A stretch of 63,924 nucleotides of DNA, the filler included, from Craspedostauros australis (taxonomy: Eukaryota), in NCBI GenBank assembly GCA_030167865.1. It is 16 parts of 16 records of this genome, joined end to end, with 100 filler letters (N's around TTAATTAATTAA, not from the genome) between each part and the next. Parts side by side here need not be neighbours in the genome. Positions count along the whole stretch, not along the records: positions 59,406 to 63,924 come from JALAGF010001486.1; 15 more parts are not named here. One strand, 5' to 3'. The notes beneath the pieces are model-generated. The model was given only the letters and a program-made list of their open reading frames with translations, did not search any database and was not told where the DNA came from. Made by a program: the position numbers and the translations under genes. Of this stretch, positions 59,932 through 63,924 are shown in pieces; position 1 is the stretch's first letter, and every line of letters begins with the position of its first letter.

Positions 59932-62900
59932 TCAATTGCCTTCGTTGCCTGTGTGTAGGTACGTCTTCTCGTGCTCTCGTTGCAACTCTCCTTTGATGTT
60001 CTTTGTGAAGCCGTCGCTGTTGTTGTTCTCCGATCGTACGAAGATGATCTCGATGATGCGCTTGGTCACCATGTTCCGCACGTAGTGGTGCCGGACGTCG
60101 ATATGGCGAGAGCGCTGTGATGTCGATGGATTCTTTGCGATGAAGATCGCGCCGATGTTGTCAACTCTGACCTTGACTGGTGTCTTCACTTTCATGTCAA
60201 TGCTTTCGAGCAATTGCACAACGAAGAAGATCTCCTTGGCTGCCTCAGACAAGGCGACGTACTCTGCCTCCGATGAGCTCAGTGTGACTGCCTTCTGGGC
60301 CTTGGATCTCCACAGGATTGGTACTCCGCACAAGTACAGGATGAACCCTCCCACGCTGATGCGGGTATCTCTGTCTCCTGCATACTCACTGTCGCAGAAC
60401 ATTTCCATGCTCCATGCGTCTTCATCCGGTTTGATTGGATGGATCTTGAGACCGTAGTGCTTGGTATCGATGACGTATTTGATGATACGGTGCATCTCCT
60501 TCGTGGCTGCTAGAGTCGGTCCGTCTAGCACCTTGGTCAATTCTCTGACTGGGTTGGCGATGTCCGGCCGTGAGTGCTTGATGAGGAACAGCAGCATCCC
60601 CACGCCCTTCCGGTAGTTCGCGTGGTCGGCCTCGTTCACCTTCTCAAGGCCATTGGTCTCTGATGGTCGAACAATTCCTTGGTTCGGTGTTCCTGGTGTG
60701 TTGTAGCGTTGCAGCTTGCTCACTGCTTCACCAAACTCTGCTATCAGGTTCTTGATCAGATGCGGTTGCCGAAGGACGGCCTTGGTCTTGTCGGCGTTCA
60801 GCTCGATGTTGCAGCTGAGATAGTCACCAAGTCCTCGTTCGATGGTCACACCAAACTTGCTCTTCTGGATGTTGGTAAGGAAGGTCTCCAATGCTTTCTG
60901 GTCTCCGCAACAGAAGCAATCGTCCACGTAGATGGCGACGATCACTGTTCCTTCGTTGGTGGATTGGTGGAACAAGCATGGATCCGCTGGGCTCTGGTTG
61001 AATCCGATGTTGTTGAGTGTGGCGACGAGTAGCTTGTACCACTGTCGCGCGCTCTGGACAAGCCCGTAGATTGGCTTCAGTAGGAGGAGCGCTTCCTCTC
61101 TGGTACTGTCCATTCCTTGTGGGCAGTTCATGTATACCTCCTCTTCCAGTTCGCCATGAAGGAAGGCGCCAACGACATCGACCAGTGCGCAGTCCATCTG
61201 CTTCAGCAGCATGACCACCATCATAATTCGATAGGTGACGTNGTGGATCACTGGGGAGTGGTGCTCTTGGTAGTCGATCCCTCCGATCTGCGAGTATCCG
61301 CATGCCACAAGTCTGGCGCGGTACACGCCATTCCGCTTGAGCTTGAACACCCATTTGCATTTGCAGCATCGTCTGTCATGAGGGATAGCAGATCTCTTGA
61401 TCTTCCTGTAGACACCCCGATCGATCATGGACTTCAGCTCCTTCTTGATTGCGGCTCTGAATCCATTTCGGTGTTCTTCGATTGGGTGGTGGTATGCTTC
61501 GTTGAATGTGTTCGGTTCGGTGTATTCTGTTGGATGGTCTTCACTTGTCATACCGAATTCCGCGGTAGAGTCGTTCGTGTAGACTGCGTTGTTGCCGTAT
61601 AGCGCGTCGATGATTGCGCTGCCTGAGTCTAGTTGTTCCGGTGGTTCGTCTTCGGTGGTAGTTTCGTCGTTCTTGGCCTCGTCTCCCTCAGTTTCGCTCT
61701 TGTCATCATCCTCCCTTCCTGCTTCGTTGTCTTCGTCATCTGAGTTTGATGTTTCAGATCTTGCATGGTTGCTGTTGAACACAGAAAGGTCGCTCGAGAA
61801 TTTCTTGCCTGGAATGTTGTGGTTGGCGAGTTTCTTGAGCGCGTTCCGAGTTTTCACATTCATTGCTTCTGGTGTCTTCTTCACTGGACGGGGTCCCTTC
61901 CTGCTGCGTGCTTGGTGGCGTCGCATCCGTTCAGTTCTCTCGATGTCCTGCTTCCTTGGTCTTGGCGGAGCTGTGATCGGTGGCGAGGTGTTCGCTGGTT
62001 CCTCGGCATCGTCAACTCTCGGTTGCTTTCTCGACGCAGTTGGTGTGCGGAGAATGCTTGGTGGAGCTTCGGTGCTGACGTTCTCTTCATCATCTGCGGG
62101 TGGTTCGTCAGGATCATCTGGTGCGATTACATCGCTCTCTTCGTCTTCGATGGGATCGTTGAATTCTTCATCATCGTCATCGTCATCGTCGGACAGCACT
62201 TGGTAGCTGTTCTGGTCTGCGAATGAGACACGCTTCTCATTCTGGTTCGCCTCGGCGATTCTTCTTGGGACGGTTCTCTCCCTTCCGATCCTGATGAATC
62301 CGTCATCACTGACTTCGGTTGATTGGTCACCATTGGTCATTGCAATCTGGTTGTCGCTCGGCGGGGTTCCCTCTGGTCCATAGGTCCACTTCATGATGTG
62401 GCCGTAGGTTCGGTTCAGCCATCGCACGTCTCGACTGCGGATGACTGTCTTGGTGGTTGGGCGAAACATGTTGTACACCCCTGTTCCGTGTTGCGGGGCG
62501 TAGCCAATGAAAATCATCTCTTCGCCTCTGTTCTGGAGTTTTGCTGTTGTGTTGCCGTGTGCCGTTTTCACGACTCCCACTTCGCCAAATGTGCGAAGTC
62601 CATTCAGGTATTTCGGGTCGTTTCCGAAAAGAAGCTGATGGGGCGAACACTTCTTCCCCTTGGGTACGATGATGTTGGACACTGCTGTGGCGACGTTCGC
62701 TGCTGCCGCCCACAGTCCGTGTCGATGCTCTTCGTTCAACTGTGCTCCATTCAGCATGGACCGTACCTTCGTGTAAAGGTATGCGAACTTGCGCTCGACT
62801 CTCCCATTCTGCTGTGGAGTGTTGGGAGCAGTGTACTCGAATGACACGTTGAGGCTGGCTTCGATCAGCTGGGCCTCTGTTGCCTTGTTCTTTCCGCTGT

Positions 62901-63924
62901 TGTCCCCGCGGAAGATCACTCGATGATCCTTGATGTGAGGACTCATCTGTTGGAGGAGTGTCTTGAGGTGGATTGGTTGGTCGCTCTTGTTCTTGGTGAA
63001 GAAGCTCCACGCGAAGTCGGTGTGGTCGTCGACGACCAGTATCCAGTACCTCTTGTTCCCAAAGCTCGTGTGCTTGGTGTAGCTGATGTCGATGAAGAGC
63101 CGTTCAAAGCTCTTTGTTGCTCTTGGGATGGTTGCCTTGGCCAGGTTCTTCACGCGTGCATTCGCAGTGGCGCAATCGCGGCACGTGGGCAGATCTCCGA
63201 TCATCTTCCATCCATATTCGGCTGCGGTACGCTTCATAGTTGCAAGCGGTGCGTGTCCAAGGATACGGTGAAGTGTCGTGGCATTGATTGTCTGCTTGTT
63301 GCTAGACACGATGGATAGTGCGGCCACGTCATTGTTCGGGTTGNNNNNNNNNNNNNNNNNNNNNNNNNNNNNNNNNNNNNNNNNNNNNNNNNNNNNNNNN
63401 NNNNNNNNNNNNNNNNNNTTGTTCTTCGCGATGTTCATGATGATTCCGTTGTTGTTGATCCGGTACCCTTTTTGCAGGGCCTTGTTGGTGGAGAATAAAT
63501 TCACCCACATTTTTGGTGCGACCTTCACATCATCAAGGCGAATCGTTGTTTTCGTGTTGTCCTTCTGTGTGACTTCCAGGAGCATCGAACCGATCTTGGG
63601 TGAGCTCAACTGGGTGTTGTCGCCAACTCTCACATGCGACTTAACATGGTGGATGTTGAACATCCCCTTGTCCGAGTTTGTGATGTGGCACGATGCGCCG
63701 CTGTCAGCTAGCCATGTGTGTTCGTCGGGTGTGTCTCTTGGTCCAACGGTTCGAAGGTTATTTCCAATCGCCATGATGGCCATGTCGTCGATGGCATGGT
63801 TGATGTCCGTATTGTTCTGGTCTTCGGCTTGACCTTGGTCTGGGTTCAACGCCATCCCATGTTGTGGATGCGGTCGTTGTACGAGTAGCTCGGCCATGCA
63901 GCTGCCTAGGATGAGGTGGTGCTC
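59932..63924 (-). mobile_element. Ty1/Copia polyprotein (protease, integrase, RT, RNase H), open beyond the window
   Basis: WLADSGASCH, HRILGH..CRDC, FIDIS/RGDNS/RVERK, YRARLVACG, YVDD, CDSEYAG, SSEAEY, VDN, SDGFTK. No stops in the called bases. Confidence 0.97.

Overview
Eukaryotic DNA, most consistent with a diatom or another alga with a secondary red plastid. The evidence is GT-AG introns, ASAFAP-type plastid presequences with twin-Arg lumen signals, and diatom-type Copia and Ambal-like retroelements. The window is not one continuous chromosome segment. It is 16 contigs joined by 15 identical 100-nt linkers (N44-TTAATTAATTAA-N44), so adjacency across a linker is not biological evidence. 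Host genes: RING-H2 E3 ligase, SAM methyltransferase, spliced ABC1/ADCK kinase with a 19-nt catalytic micro-exon, Popeye/cNMP protein, two thylakoid-lumen proteins, p62/NBR1-like autophagy receptor, GT8 glycosyltransferase, CaaX-terminated protein, a membrane protein with duplicated Rho_N-like motifs, a Crinkler/REase-like protein and an ankyrin-BTB pseudogene. Much of the rest is mobile DNA: two related Copia pol copies, other Copia gag/RT fragments and LTRs, an Ambal-like LINE, PIF/Harbinger, Sola3-like and HTH-bearing transposase fragments, and a multicopy non-coding arm family. The most interesting leads are a PP1-docking KRVSFA(D) motif conserved in the integrase tail of both Copia copies, hendecad amphipathic repeats inside the p62/NBR1-like receptor, the nuclease-like ORF at the left edge, and an asymmetric-ended element family. 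All assignments come from motif recognition by eye; no searches were run.
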